A stretch of 64,000 bases of DNA from Myxococcota bacterium (GCA_963676915.2 CAXXVK010000019.1:1-64000); one strand, 5' to 3'; shown: positions 1 through 9,987, numbered from the stretch's first letter. Notes: a model not told the origin generated them from the letters alone. Translations and numbers: made by a program.

Positions 1-807
1 ATCTGGGACCAAAAACTTCGTCCCGATGATCAGCAGTTTTGGCAAAGTCCAGAAAAATCCCATGCCATTTTTACAATCGGAGACCTTCCGAACATCACCG
101 CAAAAGTAGGCTATAGGTCAGGGGAAAGAGTATTTCCGGGTCCGGTTCAGAACGGTCTCGCGGTAATGGAACAAAGACATCCGAAAATCGTATATCTTTT
201 TCGACATGGCTCATTTTACTGGATAACCGCACCTAAAAAAGACTATTTGGCGGGGCGTATTGTAAATATAACGAAAGAAAGTGAACCCGCGCTGGAATTG
301 CTTCGCGATCCAGAAAAGACCACCATAGAGGTTACATGGCAAAATCTGTCATACGCGGATGAATTCTGCCTCCAAATCAAACGAAGAGCGTCTACGATTA
401 AATGGCGTTATCACGATCAATTGAGCGCATACTGGCAGAATAAGCAATCAAGGGAGCACAATCTTCGAACTCACAATGCTTCAACCGGTCCTCTTTTCTT
501 TGAAAATGTCCAAGGACGAGAAAGAGGCACACAATCGGTTTTACGATATAGTAAGTATAACCTTTACCGTTTCGGATATCCTTATGCAAGTTTGATTTCC
601 TCACTGGTACTATCGCGAAATCACCAGCTCGAAGTCACCATTGTTGGTGTAAGCGATGATGAAGGGCTTTGGATAGAACTAGCTCCAGGTAGAGTCGTTG
701 AGGTTCCTATCGGCATGATGGACTGGAAAACCGAAACGGTACAATTGCGATGGACAAGCTCGATAACAAAAACTTCAACCTGGGAGACTCTCTGGAATTG
801 GAACTGA
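1..807 (+). CDS. 5'-partial large hypothetical protein (possible S1/OB-fold repeats); upstream segment of a frameshifted gene
   Basis: Frame 1 is open from base 1 (IWDQKLRPDD...) to the stop at 807. The segment VTIVGVSDDEGLWIELAPGRVVEVP resembles S1/OB beta-strands. It apparently continues into the 750..2936 frame at the A4 run 727-730. Confidence 0.6.
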   Translation: MWDQKLRPDDQQFWQSPEKSHAIFTIGDLPNITAKVGYRSGERVFPGPVQNGLAVMEQRHPKIVYLFRHGSFYWITAPKKDYLAGRIVNITKESEPALELLRDPEKTTIEVTWQNLSYADEFCLQIKRRASTIKWRYHDQLSAYWQNKQSREHNLRTHNASTGPLFFENVQGRERGTQSVLRYSKYNLYRFGYPYASLISSLVLSRNHQLEVTIVGVSDDEGLWIELAPGRVVEVPIGMMDWKTETVQLRWTSSITKTSTWETLWNWN

Positions 808-2936
808 ACCACGAAGACGCTTATGGAGTCGAACGCGTTTTTGTAACTGATTGGAAGGCTGGTCCTCGTGGTCTGTTCGGTCATAGTCCAACAATTAAAG
901 GAGGTATAGACCAAGAAGAATCCGAAACCTACAGTCCAGCTATGCTTCCCATATTGGAAAGAAATCATCAGCTTGGAGGTTTACTTTTAGGTTCAGGATC
1001 TATTCGTTTGAAAAGACCTATACCTGTTAATGATTTTCCGCCGGAAAATATGCAGGTGGCAAACCTATTTTACGACAATCGGATCGAACGTTCCGACAAG
1101 AGAGTACAGATCGATATGGTTGTCTTGCTTGAAGAAGAGAACGGGCGCTTGAAAATTTCAGGCATGGATCATTCTCTACAAGTTTATCCTGAATCACGAA
1201 CCTGGAATTGGGAAAGAGATCCTTTGGGAAGATTCTTTATTCAACCGGATAGTGAAGAGGTAAATCTCAACTGGAAGAAATTACCCGAATTGATTCGTGT
1301 TGCAGGAGGAGCGTTGCCTGTTACCGTTACGGGAATTTCGAACTACGCGGTTTTCTTTTCACGAAAATATCAGGCGAAATATTCTCGTCTATCTAAGAAT
1401 AAGCTTGCGCTAGCCAGCGTTGCAGGTCTTGTGCCATCTGAAAATAAAACGGTGATTATGAATTGGGGTTCGAGTCTATTTGAGATGGATCGAAACGAAC
1501 TGATATATGGTTTGCCGGATAGATTGATTCCCGCTGCAATTGAAATACTATCCGAAAAAGACGTACCAATTTGGTGTCGTGGTACGGATAAAAAAATTAC
1601 CACAGGAACGATGAAGGAGGATGCTTCGGAAATCGCCATCTGTCCGATACTCGCCATAGACCGCAAAGGTATCATTTGCAGATCAATGAAAACAGAGCGT
1701 TTATACTGGCTTCCTTCTAGGGAATGTTCTCATAGTCGCGATCTTGCCGAAAATACGCTTGAAGCTACAGTACGTTTTTGGAGACAACGAGGAAGTGTTC
1801 TCAAGGCTAGAGTTTCGCGAAATCCTTCTGAAGATCACTTTGGTATTTCACTCTTGAAAACTCGTCGAGCCACTCTCGAAGGACAGGAACTGGTTCCTGG
1901 AAACCAGCTTCATGCCAGAATGATTGTTGATCTTGATCAGGAAATGGAAGAAAAACTTCCTCCAGGAGCCAGAAAAAAAATCCTTGTGGAATCTCTGAAA
2001 ACCAACAGACTTATGACTTGCATGGTTGCGGCTTCTTCATCCATCAATCAGGGAAATGAATTTCCTATAGAAATTGAAAGGTTATACAGAAGGGTTCCAA
2101 TTACTGCAAAGATAGGTGAACGTCACTATTATCTCGATGTTCCCGAACAGGAGAAAGGCATTGATTTATGGGAGAATGATACGTTACCAGATTCGTTTGT
2201 GCGTTTTCTTGATGCCGCCAGAGGCCCTAAAGTAGTACATCCAAGATTCAACTTCGAAACTTGTTCTAGACACGATTTAGAAGATCTGCTGAATTCTAAA
2301 GCTTTCGACGCCGTTAAAGGCAACAACTTTGATTCATGGTGTCCAAAAGCAGCCTTGTGCTGGTTCGACCGGTTCTCAAAACACAACAAGATCGATGCGC
2401 ATGTGGCGGTTATAGTCATTCTGATTTTACACAGATTTAATCTTGTTGAAGAATCCACCGATTTACTCCTCACGATTGGTAAACGTGCGTTGAGAAGTCA
2501 ACACTGGGAAGCACTTTGCCGTTTATGGCTTTCCGATGAGAGCCTGAAATCAAGAACCGACGGATATTGGTTTTGGCTTAATAAAATTTTGAAAACAACT
2601 CTTGGAAATTCTACGGAATTATCTGAAAATGATTTACAAATGCTGCGAACGGTCATCCATACAATGACCTTGCGTTATAGCTTTGACAACAGTGCGCTTT
2701 TGCATGCTCTAAAAGCTTCGGCTGGCATGACATGCAATCCGAAAAAATATGCGAGTTCCTGCACTGTTACAAGGGATTTAAGCCAATTTTACATTCAACT
2801 CGAAACTGGAAGAGACCTGAAACCATGCCTAATTACATATGGTCAGATTCTTAAACTTCGTGATATTCTAAATACTATTGTAAAAAATTCAAATTACATA
2901 TGCTTGAGTGAACCGATACCTGAAAATCTATGTTAA
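750..2936 (+). CDS. C-terminal part of the same large hypothetical protein (OB-like beta region followed by helical tail)
   Basis: 728-aa ORF in an AT-richer region. Its frame is open upstream of the ATG (NRNGTIAMDKLD..NLGDSLEL), completing the S1-like repeat started in the previous frame. Confidence 0.65.
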   Translation: MDKLDNKNFNLGDSLELELNHEDAYGVERVFVTDWKAGPRGLFGHSPTIKGGIDQEESETYSPAMLPILERNHQLGGLLLGSGSIRLKRPIPVNDFPPENMQVANLFYDNRIERSDKRVQIDMVVLLEEENGRLKISGMDHSLQVYPESRTWNWERDPLGRFFIQPDSEEVNLNWKKLPELIRVAGGALPVTVTGISNYAVFFSRKYQAKYSRLSKNKLALASVAGLVPSENKTVIMNWGSSLFEMDRNELIYGLPDRLIPAAIEILSEKDVPIWCRGTDKKITTGTMKEDASEIAICPILAIDRKGIICRSMKTERLYWLPSRECSHSRDLAENTLEATVRFWRQRGSVLKARVSRNPSEDHFGISLLKTRRATLEGQELVPGNQLHARMIVDLDQEMEEKLPPGARKKILVESLKTNRLMTCMVAASSSINQGNEFPIEIERLYRRVPITAKIGERHYYLDVPEQEKGIDLWENDTLPDSFVRFLDAARGPKVVHPRFNFETCSRHDLEDLLNSKAFDAVKGNNFDSWCPKAALCWFDRFSKHNKIDAHVAVIVILILHRFNLVEESTDLLLTIGKRALRSQHWEALCRLWLSDESLKSRTDGYWFWLNKILKTTLGNSTELSENDLQMLRTVIHTMTLRYSFDNSALLHALKASAGMTCNPKKYASSCTVTRDLSQFYIQLETGRDLKPCLITYGQILKLRDILNTIVKNSNYICLSEPIPENLC

Positions 2937-3210
2937 CAGCAAGTCTGGTTGAAAAAATCAATCTCTGATTTCCTGTACGTTTGGCCAAGGAGAGAGTTTA
3001 TGTAGTTTCAAGCTTGTAAGTGATTGAAAAAGAAAGTAAATTTGAAACAATGATTTTAGCCTAGAATCGAATCCTATGCCCTGTCCCGTAAGGATGTTCG
3101 TGCTGGCTGAGCATATTCAGATGCCGGTTGACAGCCAAGGATTTGCTAAATGAGTTACGGTAATATAGGAATCTCATTCCCGAATTACATATTACCAGCT
3201 GGAGGAAGCT

Positions 3211-6200
3211 GTGTTGATTTATCAATTTCGATATTGGCGGTTTTGTTGTTTCTTGTCTTTTCTTTTGCCTTTTTTCCTAACACTTAGCAATTGTTCAGAA
3301 CCGGTGTATCCGACACATATTGCCGATAATTCCGATGGTGATACCGATCCTGGTCTCGATGAACCCCAACAGGATATCTGTAATGGCTGTCTGCTTGATA
3401 ATATCTGCATTGATCAAAACGATAATCACCCGGAACATCTGTGTCTGAAATGTATTTACACCTCCAAAGGGTATACCTGGGAAACCGATCAGGGCTATTC
3501 AATATGCCGGCCATCTGTTGGTGTATGCGACAAAGAAGAAATATGTGATGGTGTATCAAAAGATTGTCCTGATGATTCATATTTTGATGAAAGCTATAAA
3601 TGTAGATCTTCAAACGGCAAATGTGATCGTGAAGAGTACTGCACAGGAGATAGCTGGTTATGTCCTGCCGATACCTTTGCTGAAGGAGAGATTTGTAGAG
3701 AAAGTACCTCCGTCTGCGATGTTCCTGAATATTGTATCGGAGACAGCCCCCATTGCCCTGATGACCTTTTTGAAGTCGATAAAGTTTGCAGGGAAGCTGC
3801 AGGCCTATGTGATAAGGAGGAATTTTGCACAGGAGAAAGTCCTGAATGTCCACCCGATGGTTTTTTGACCCGCAATACGGTATGCAGAGTAGCTAAAGGT
3901 CAATGTGACAAAGTTGAATTCTGTACGGGAAGTAGAAGCGATTGCCCGTATGATCAGGTGGCCGATTACGGAACAACTTGTGACGACCACAACTCATGTA
4001 CCGAAAATGAATTTTGTGATGGTTTTGGCAAAGGTTCTCACCATTGCAGCACTTATTCAAGAGAATGCAATGGCAATGGTATTTGTGAAAATGGATCGTG
4101 CATCTGTGAAACCGGCTACTTGGGAGATTATTGTGAAAGTTGTGATCAGAATTTTCAAGACAATGATTCCGACGGCGTTTGCCTGCCTGCTTGCACCCAT
4201 GAAGATGCCTGCCAAGAACCATATGAATGTAGTGATATATACGGTGTAGCAGAGTGTGAATGCCAGGTGTTCAGCGAGGATAATCAAAATGGAATGAAAA
4301 GTCTCGGAGTGATAGGCTCCAGTATCAAGAAAGTCGTGGCTGTCGACGGTATTTTATATGCAGCCGCAGGTAATGACGGCCTGAGGATTTTTAAAGTGAT
4401 TGGTAATCAGCCCGTTCCGATTGGACAATTTGAGGTGCAAGGAGAGACCTCTAGTGTATTCGTAAAAAATGGGATTGCATATTTTTCAGATTCTGAATTG
4501 GGTCTGATCATGGCGGAAATTTCCAATTTTGAAACACCTGTACTTTTAGGACAGTATCCGGTCGCACAAGCAGTGCAAGATATCTTTGTGCAAGACGGAC
4601 TGGCTTTTGTAGCCTCAGGTTACGGTGGGGTGGAAATTGTCGACGTTTCGGATGTCTATCAACCCGTCAAACTGGGTGAAATCGAACTACACTGTTCAGT
4701 ACATAAGATTGAGGTATCGGGATACCTTGCTTTTGCTGTATGTCTGGATGATCTATACATTCTGGATATATCTGAAACGACCTCGCCCGAAATCGTAAAA
4801 AAAATTACGGCACGCAAAATATCCGATGCTGTGGTATTCGACGATTATCTTGTTACTAGTAATTTGTACGATGGAATAAAAATATACGACGTAAGCACTC
4901 CCAGCGAACCTGAATTACTTGGGAGATATGATGAATTGGCGTGGTACACGTATGGAATATCCGTTGTAGATGGACTCCTATATGCTTCTGTATCAAGCGA
5001 TGGACTGCAAATTCTGGATATTAGCGATCCTGCGAACATAAAGGTTCTGGGAGAACTGGAAACACCGGGTTATGCCAAAGATGTGGCGGTATTGGGATCA
5101 AAGGCTATTGTGGCGGAAGGGGCAAGTGGTTTACAAGTCGTTGATGTAGCGAATCCAGCTTTACCGAAGCTGCTTGACCGCTGGGACAGTCATGGAAAAT
5201 TGAAAGATATCGTATTAAGAGGTGACTTGCTGCTTGCTGTCGATTACCTTGTTGGTCTGGTAATTTTAGATATGCAAAACCCGAGCCGTCCCGTGATCGT
5301 TGGAAAGATAGAGTTACCTGGCGTCTCAGCGATGGATATTTCCGGTTCATTGGCTCATTTCTCTGTTAGAGATGGATCATATTTTTCCGTAGATATTTCA
5401 GATCCGTCAGATCCAGTGATAGTAGGCACTTACATTGACGATAGCGACTGGTTTTCAGACTACTTAGATATTGCGGTTTACGAAAACAATGTTGTTCTGG
5501 TTGATGATTTTGGAGATGTCATTGTTTTGGATGTATCCGACCCGGCATATCCGGAACTGGTTTCCGAATTTTACATCAGTTTGCCTGAGGGAATCGAAAG
5601 ATACAAGAATGTGGTTTATATCAATACTCTATCATATGGAGTTTCTCGCATAAGCCTCTCAAAACACCGTCCTCCGAGACTATTGGAAAAAGAAAGGCTC
5701 TTTACTGATGCTCATGATATTTGTTTCAGCAACAATACAGCCTATGTTTCCAAAGGGTATTATGGGTTGGAAATCTATGACATGACCACTATAGATCATC
5801 CAGTACTGGTAGGCACATACACGCCACCATATTTCCAATATATAGATAGCGTTGCTGTAAATGATGGCAAAGCCTTTCTCGATGTCTCTAACATGATAAG
5901 AGTGCTCGATATAAGCGATAAGAATAATATAGTGATTTTAGGAGACTACTCTCTGTTTGGTAAAGATTCCAATCTTTTCGATGGATATATATATGATATT
6001 ACAGTAGATAAAAACAAACTCTATGCAAGAACCTCCAAAGGTACATTCATAATGCAGAGCATGAATAATATCGGGTCTTCTTACGATTTGCTGGGACATG
6101 TCGATACCGAAGACAATCCATATGATGCTTATTTAGTTGACCAAACCGCTTACGTTGCGGATTTCCTGGGAGGTTTGTTGATTTTTGATGTGTCGGATCC

Positions 6201-7527
6201 TAGTGAGCCTGTTTTGCTGGGAAACCTTTCGACAAATAATGCCACGCAGGGGGTAAGTGTAATGGGTAATATTGCTTATCTGACCGATGGCTACGGTGAT
6301 TTCAAGATTGTAGATGTAAGTGATCCATCCAAGCCCACTCTCATGTCCAGACTCAGTCTGTCCGGCTATGCCTATGAAGTCGCAATTTCTGGAAATCTGG
6401 CATACATCGCTTCCGGGCAATACAGGTTTCACATCGTTGACATCAGTGATCCGTATGATCCTGTAGCGATAGGCAATGGCAGTGTTCCCGGCTTTGCCCA
6501 GGATATATTCGTGTCTGGTGATGTTTTATACGTTCTGGGTTATAATGATATTCTTCATGTTTTTGATGTTTCCGATCCAACGGATCCTCAACCGCTGTCC
6601 AGCTACGACCCGCGTCACGATACTGGAAAAATTTTCGTGCAGGATTCCATTGCTTATCTTGCTGCAGGCAAAGGCGGTCTGCATATTCTGGATATGTCCG
6701 ATCCGAGTGAGCCGGAACTCTTGAGCATATTCAGCACCTTCGATGCTCAAGCCGTTACCGTTTCTCACGGTATTGCAATTGTTGCTGATTCCGATAATGG
6801 AATATTGCTTATAGATGTGTCAGATCCCATGGCTCCGGTTTTTGCCGGAAAACTTGATTCCGGAACTGAGGTAATTGACGTCAATGTTTCCGGTGAGGCT
6901 ATCTATGCCTTTTATTGGGACGGTATGGGTATTTTTAAAAAGCCAGGCTGTGAGTGTGCTGCAGGTTATGTAAAGCTTGGAGGAAGCTGCGAGGAAGCAC
7001 TCTTGGCAACCGTCGATTCCATTGTAATTTCAGAGCTAATGGTGAAAAGCCAACATCTTGAGCCAGATACTGGAGAATGGATAGAATTGACAAATCCCGG
7101 CGATACACCTGTCAGCCTGGAAGATTGTGTAATTGAAACCGGATTTTCAACTGTTCCCGTTCCGGGGCAATCCGGCATTATGCCACAGGAAAGACTGATA
7201 CTGAGCAACGGTGGGCATGTATTCGAAACCCATGGCGTTGAGCCGGACTTTGTGCTGTACGGGCTTTCTCTGGATGATTCAGGGGACACCATCTCTCTTA
7301 TTTGTGATGGTGTAACAATTGACAGCATGGAGTATACTCAAGATCAGGTCATGCTTGGTAAAACCATATCTCTGAATCCTGATTATATTGATGCGCAAAT
7401 GAATGATAATCCTGCTAACTGGTGTGTGGAAGAAGTCCAAAGCTATGGAGACTGGTGCGCTTATGACCTGTTTGGGACACCTGGAGAGATTAACGAAATC
7501 TGCGGAAGCGAAGCAAAGAAATTTTAA
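3211..7527 (+). CDS. Large surface lipoprotein: disintegrin-like Cys repeats, EGF-like domain, LVIVD repeats, C-terminal lamin-tail domain
   Basis: GGAGG RBS at 3201; signal peptide ending LSNC; five CR....CD..E.C.G.S..CP.D repeats; CNGNGIC..C.C..GY.GDYC EGF motif; many GLxIxDVSDPxxP (LVIVD) repeats; IVISELM...GEWIELTN (LTD). Confidence 0.9.
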   Translation: MLIYQFRYWRFCCFLSFLLPFFLTLSNCSEPVYPTHIADNSDGDTDPGLDEPQQDICNGCLLDNICIDQNDNHPEHLCLKCIYTSKGYTWETDQGYSICRPSVGVCDKEEICDGVSKDCPDDSYFDESYKCRSSNGKCDREEYCTGDSWLCPADTFAEGEICRESTSVCDVPEYCIGDSPHCPDDLFEVDKVCREAAGLCDKEEFCTGESPECPPDGFLTRNTVCRVAKGQCDKVEFCTGSRSDCPYDQVADYGTTCDDHNSCTENEFCDGFGKGSHHCSTYSRECNGNGICENGSCICETGYLGDYCESCDQNFQDNDSDGVCLPACTHEDACQEPYECSDIYGVAECECQVFSEDNQNGMKSLGVIGSSIKKVVAVDGILYAAAGNDGLRIFKVIGNQPVPIGQFEVQGETSSVFVKNGIAYFSDSELGLIMAEISNFETPVLLGQYPVAQAVQDIFVQDGLAFVASGYGGVEIVDVSDVYQPVKLGEIELHCSVHKIEVSGYLAFAVCLDDLYILDISETTSPEIVKKITARKISDAVVFDDYLVTSNLYDGIKIYDVSTPSEPELLGRYDELAWYTYGISVVDGLLYASVSSDGLQILDISDPANIKVLGELETPGYAKDVAVLGSKAIVAEGASGLQVVDVANPALPKLLDRWDSHGKLKDIVLRGDLLLAVDYLVGLVILDMQNPSRPVIVGKIELPGVSAMDISGSLAHFSVRDGSYFSVDISDPSDPVIVGTYIDDSDWFSDYLDIAVYENNVVLVDDFGDVIVLDVSDPAYPELVSEFYISLPEGIERYKNVVYINTLSYGVSRISLSKHRPPRLLEKERLFTDAHDICFSNNTAYVSKGYYGLEIYDMTTIDHPVLVGTYTPPYFQYIDSVAVNDGKAFLDVSNMIRVLDISDKNNIVILGDYSLFGKDSNLFDGYIYDITVDKNKLYARTSKGTFIMQSMNNIGSSYDLLGHVDTEDNPYDAYLVDQTAYVADFLGGLLIFDVSDPSEPVLLGNLSTNNATQGVSVMGNIAYLTDGYGDFKIVDVSDPSKPTLMSRLSLSGYAYEVAISGNLAYIASGQYRFHIVDISDPYDPVAIGNGSVPGFAQDIFVSGDVLYVLGYNDILHVFDVSDPTDPQPLSSYDPRHDTGKIFVQDSIAYLAAGKGGLHILDMSDPSEPELLSIFSTFDAQAVTVSHGIAIVADSDNGILLIDVSDPMAPVFAGKLDSGTEVIDVNVSGEAIYAFYWDGMGIFKKPGCECAAGYVKLGGSCEEALLATVDSIVISELMVKSQHLEPDTGEWIELTNPGDTPVSLEDCVIETGFSTVPVPGQSGIMPQERLILSNGGHVFETHGVEPDFVLYGLSLDDSGDTISLICDGVTIDSMEYTQDQVMLGKTISLNPDYIDAQMNDNPANWCVEEVQSYGDWCAYDLFGTPGEINEICGSEAKKF

Positions 7528-7836
7528 TGTAAACGGTGGTCTAAGAGAGCGAGTGGGGGCGGGGCGGTTGAAAATTGCGGTACTGACCATCGACGGATCT
7601 GCTTAGGTTTTGCTTCACATTTCTGTACCACTAGGTATGAGAAAAAACTAGCCCGGATCTTACATCGAATAACGCAGGGAAATAGGCTTGGAGCGTAGCG
7701 GAAGGCAGTTTCTCATGCGGCTCTCCCACCAAAAACCCTGACCTGATATTTTACAGACTATTTTCCGTAAAATATTAGATGCACATTCATCATAACCAGC
7801 CTGTCAAAACGACCAGACTAAATCGAGGGAGTCGGG

Positions 7837-8988
7837 TTAGCGGCGTGTGTCGGAGTCTGCAAATAAACGCGAGGCAAAACGCAAAAGAGTAGGGATATCA
7901 GCGATGTCGCGGTCGAGGATGGGCGCTTGAATCGTTGGTGGCTTGAAAGGGAATTCGGTGAAAAAGCTCTGAAGATTCGCTTTTTGACGGGTGGCCAGCC
8001 GGTTCCAGTTGCCGTATTCCTTCAGCAATTTTTCGGGTAGATCCTGAGGCAAGTCCAGAGCATCGAACGGTGGTGCCGCCAAGGTGTTTCGTAAGTGGCC
8101 GAGATCGCAGGGAGGATTTCCGGTATTGAGTACCCGGTTGATGACGAACGCACCAAACGGCATTCGTTTGCGTGCCAGTTCGCGGTAGAATTTGCGGGCT
8201 TCGATCAGCGAGTTGGGCTGCCAGGACGAGACAATCAGAAAGATCGTGTCGGGAGCGTGCAGCAGGGCTTCCACGGCTTCGGCGCGTTCACGGAAGCCAT
8301 CGAACATGCCCTTGAAATTACTGACATATTCGCTTAGATCCTGAAGCATCCGACCGCCGATAAAGGTGGTCAGCGTTTTGAAAATATAGGCCGATCCGAA
8401 CGACAGCACCTGCACGCTGGCCTTGCCGGTGAGCAGGTAGGGTTTGGCCAGCCAGCGGAAGATGGAGCGGTCCACGACGTGGATCAGTCGTTGAGGAGCT
8501 TCGAGAAAATCCAGAGCATGCACGGTCGGCGGCGTGTCGAGAATGATGCGGTCCCAGCGGTTTTCCTCCAACAATTCGTACAGGCGTTCCATGGCGATGA
8601 ATTCCTGCGTGCCGCCCACTGCGCCGGAAAACGTCCGGTAGAACTTGTTGGCGAGGATTTTTTCGTATTGCTCTTTCGAGGTGGCGTAGCGTTCCACGAG
8701 GCGGTCGAAGGTGGATTTGGGGTCGAGCATCAGCGCGTGAAGGGTTCCCGAATGCTCGCCTCCCGCCTCTGTCGGAAGCGGGACTTCCACCGGCTCGCCC
8801 ACCTTTTGCTCTTCGAGGTGCAGCGAGGTGGCCAGTCGTCGTGCCGGATCGATGGTCAGCACCGCGACCCGCTCGCCCCGGCGGGCCAGTTCGATGCCGA
8901 TCGCCGCCGCCAGCGTGGTTTTTCCGACCCCTCCCGGTCCGCAAGTGATGATCACCCGCTTGTTGGTCAGCCTGCGTTCGAAATTCAT
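7837..8988 (-). CDS. ArsA/Get3-family ATPase, second subunit (Rv3680-like)
   Basis: GPGGVGKTT Walker A, LTIDPARRL, LDTPP. Start MNFERRL overlaps the upstream stop (ATGA at 8985-8988). Confidence 0.9.
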   Translation of the reverse strand: MNFERRLTNKRVIITCGPGGVGKTTLAAAIGIELARRGERVAVLTIDPARRLATSLHLEEQKVGEPVEVPLPTEAGGEHSGTLHALMLDPKSTFDRLVERYATSKEQYEKILANKFYRTFSGAVGGTQEFIAMERLYELLEENRWDRIILDTPPTVHALDFLEAPQRLIHVVDRSIFRWLAKPYLLTGKASVQVLSFGSAYIFKTLTTFIGGRMLQDLSEYVSNFKGMFDGFRERAEAVEALLHAPDTIFLIVSSWQPNSLIEARKFYRELARKRMPFGAFVINRVLNTGNPPCDLGHLRNTLAAPPFDALDLPQDLPEKLLKEYGNWNRLATRQKANLQSFFTEFPFKPPTIQAPILDRDIADIPTLLRFASRLFADSDTRR

Positions 8989-9935
8989 CGGTCCACCATG
9001 CCTTGTTCGATCAGTCGCGACATTCGCTCGATAGCCTCGCCGTCGAAGCATTCCGCGAAAATGTAGGGCAATTCCACCGTCGGCAGCGGAATGTCCCGGC
9101 GCAGGGTCGATAGAAAGCGTTCGGTGAGTTTCCTCCAGGAGATTTTCATTTTTGCCGTGTCGAGCACGTTTTTTAGGGCCGAATGCGCCGTGTCTGTTTC
9201 GGCGGCGGTGGTCGCGATTCGTTCGATGGCCTGTTCGTCGCTTTCATCCAGCACTTTTTCGTAAACGCCGTTGATGAACAGATAGCCCATCGGCATGTGC
9301 AACTCGTCCCGGATTTTCTCGTACATTTCCAGGCTTTCAGCGACGGGCATTTCCTCGGGCAGCGTCACGAGATTGATGGCGGTAATCGCGGGATCGCGCA
9401 ACATGGCGAGCATGTTGGTGGCTTCTCGGAATACCGGCCCGCGCTGCACGGCCTGAATCATCACTTCGGGAAGTCGCAAAAGCTGCAATCCGTGACCGGT
9501 GGCCGGGGCATCCACGATGACGAGATCGTACAAGGGTTGCCCTGCGTCGTCTTTTTGCATGACGTGGTAGTAAATTTTCCCCAGCACCACAAGGTCATTC
9601 AAAGCGGGAACCGCCCGCAGAAAATATTTGACAGCCCGGTTTTCGAAGACCAGGCGGTAAATCATTTCCAGGCGCACTTGGAGCAGAACGTATTCCTTCA
9701 ACGCCGCCGGTGGCTGAATGTTGACGCTGAACAGGTTGGGAAAGACTTCCCGGACGTTTTCGTCGGCCGGTGGCGTGCCCAGATACATGGAGGTTTTGTC
9801 CTGGGTGTTGACCTGTACCAGCAGCAGCTTTTTGCCGCGCTCCAAAGCCAGACGTGTCAGGGCGCAAGAAACGGCGCTCTTGCCGACTCCGCCTTTCCCC
9901 ATGGTGAACAACAACCTTTTGGCAAACAGATCCAT
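8985..9935 (-). CDS. ArsA/Get3-family ATPase, first subunit (Rv3679-like)
   Basis: GKGGVGKS deviant Walker A, VDAPATGH, VTLPEEMPV. Confidence 0.9.
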   Translation of the reverse strand: MDLFAKRLLFTMGKGGVGKSAVSCALTRLALERGKKLLLVQVNTQDKTSMYLGTPPADENVREVFPNLFSVNIQPPAALKEYVLLQVRLEMIYRLVFENRAVKYFLRAVPALNDLVVLGKIYYHVMQKDDAGQPLYDLVIVDAPATGHGLQLLRLPEVMIQAVQRGPVFREATNMLAMLRDPAITAINLVTLPEEMPVAESLEMYEKIRDELHMPMGYLFINGVYEKVLDESDEQAIERIATTAAETDTAHSALKNVLDTAKMKISWRKLTERFLSTLRRDIPLPTVELPYIFAECFDGEAIERMSRLIEQGMVDR

Positions 9936-9958
9936 CCGACCTCCGAACTAAGACCTGT

Positions 9959-9987
9959 ACCATACGTCGGACCGGGCGCGGGGTCAA
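9959..9987 (-). promoter_or_regulatory. sigma70-type promoter for the ArsA pair
   Basis: TTGACC-17 nt-TATGGT on the minus strand just upstream of the ATG at 9935. Confidence 0.5.

Noticed and set aside
7577-7593. 16/17-nt inverted match to the ArsA gene (8849-8865), encoding AVLTID
   Set aside because: Matches this short are expected by chance in 64 kb, and similarity does not extend.
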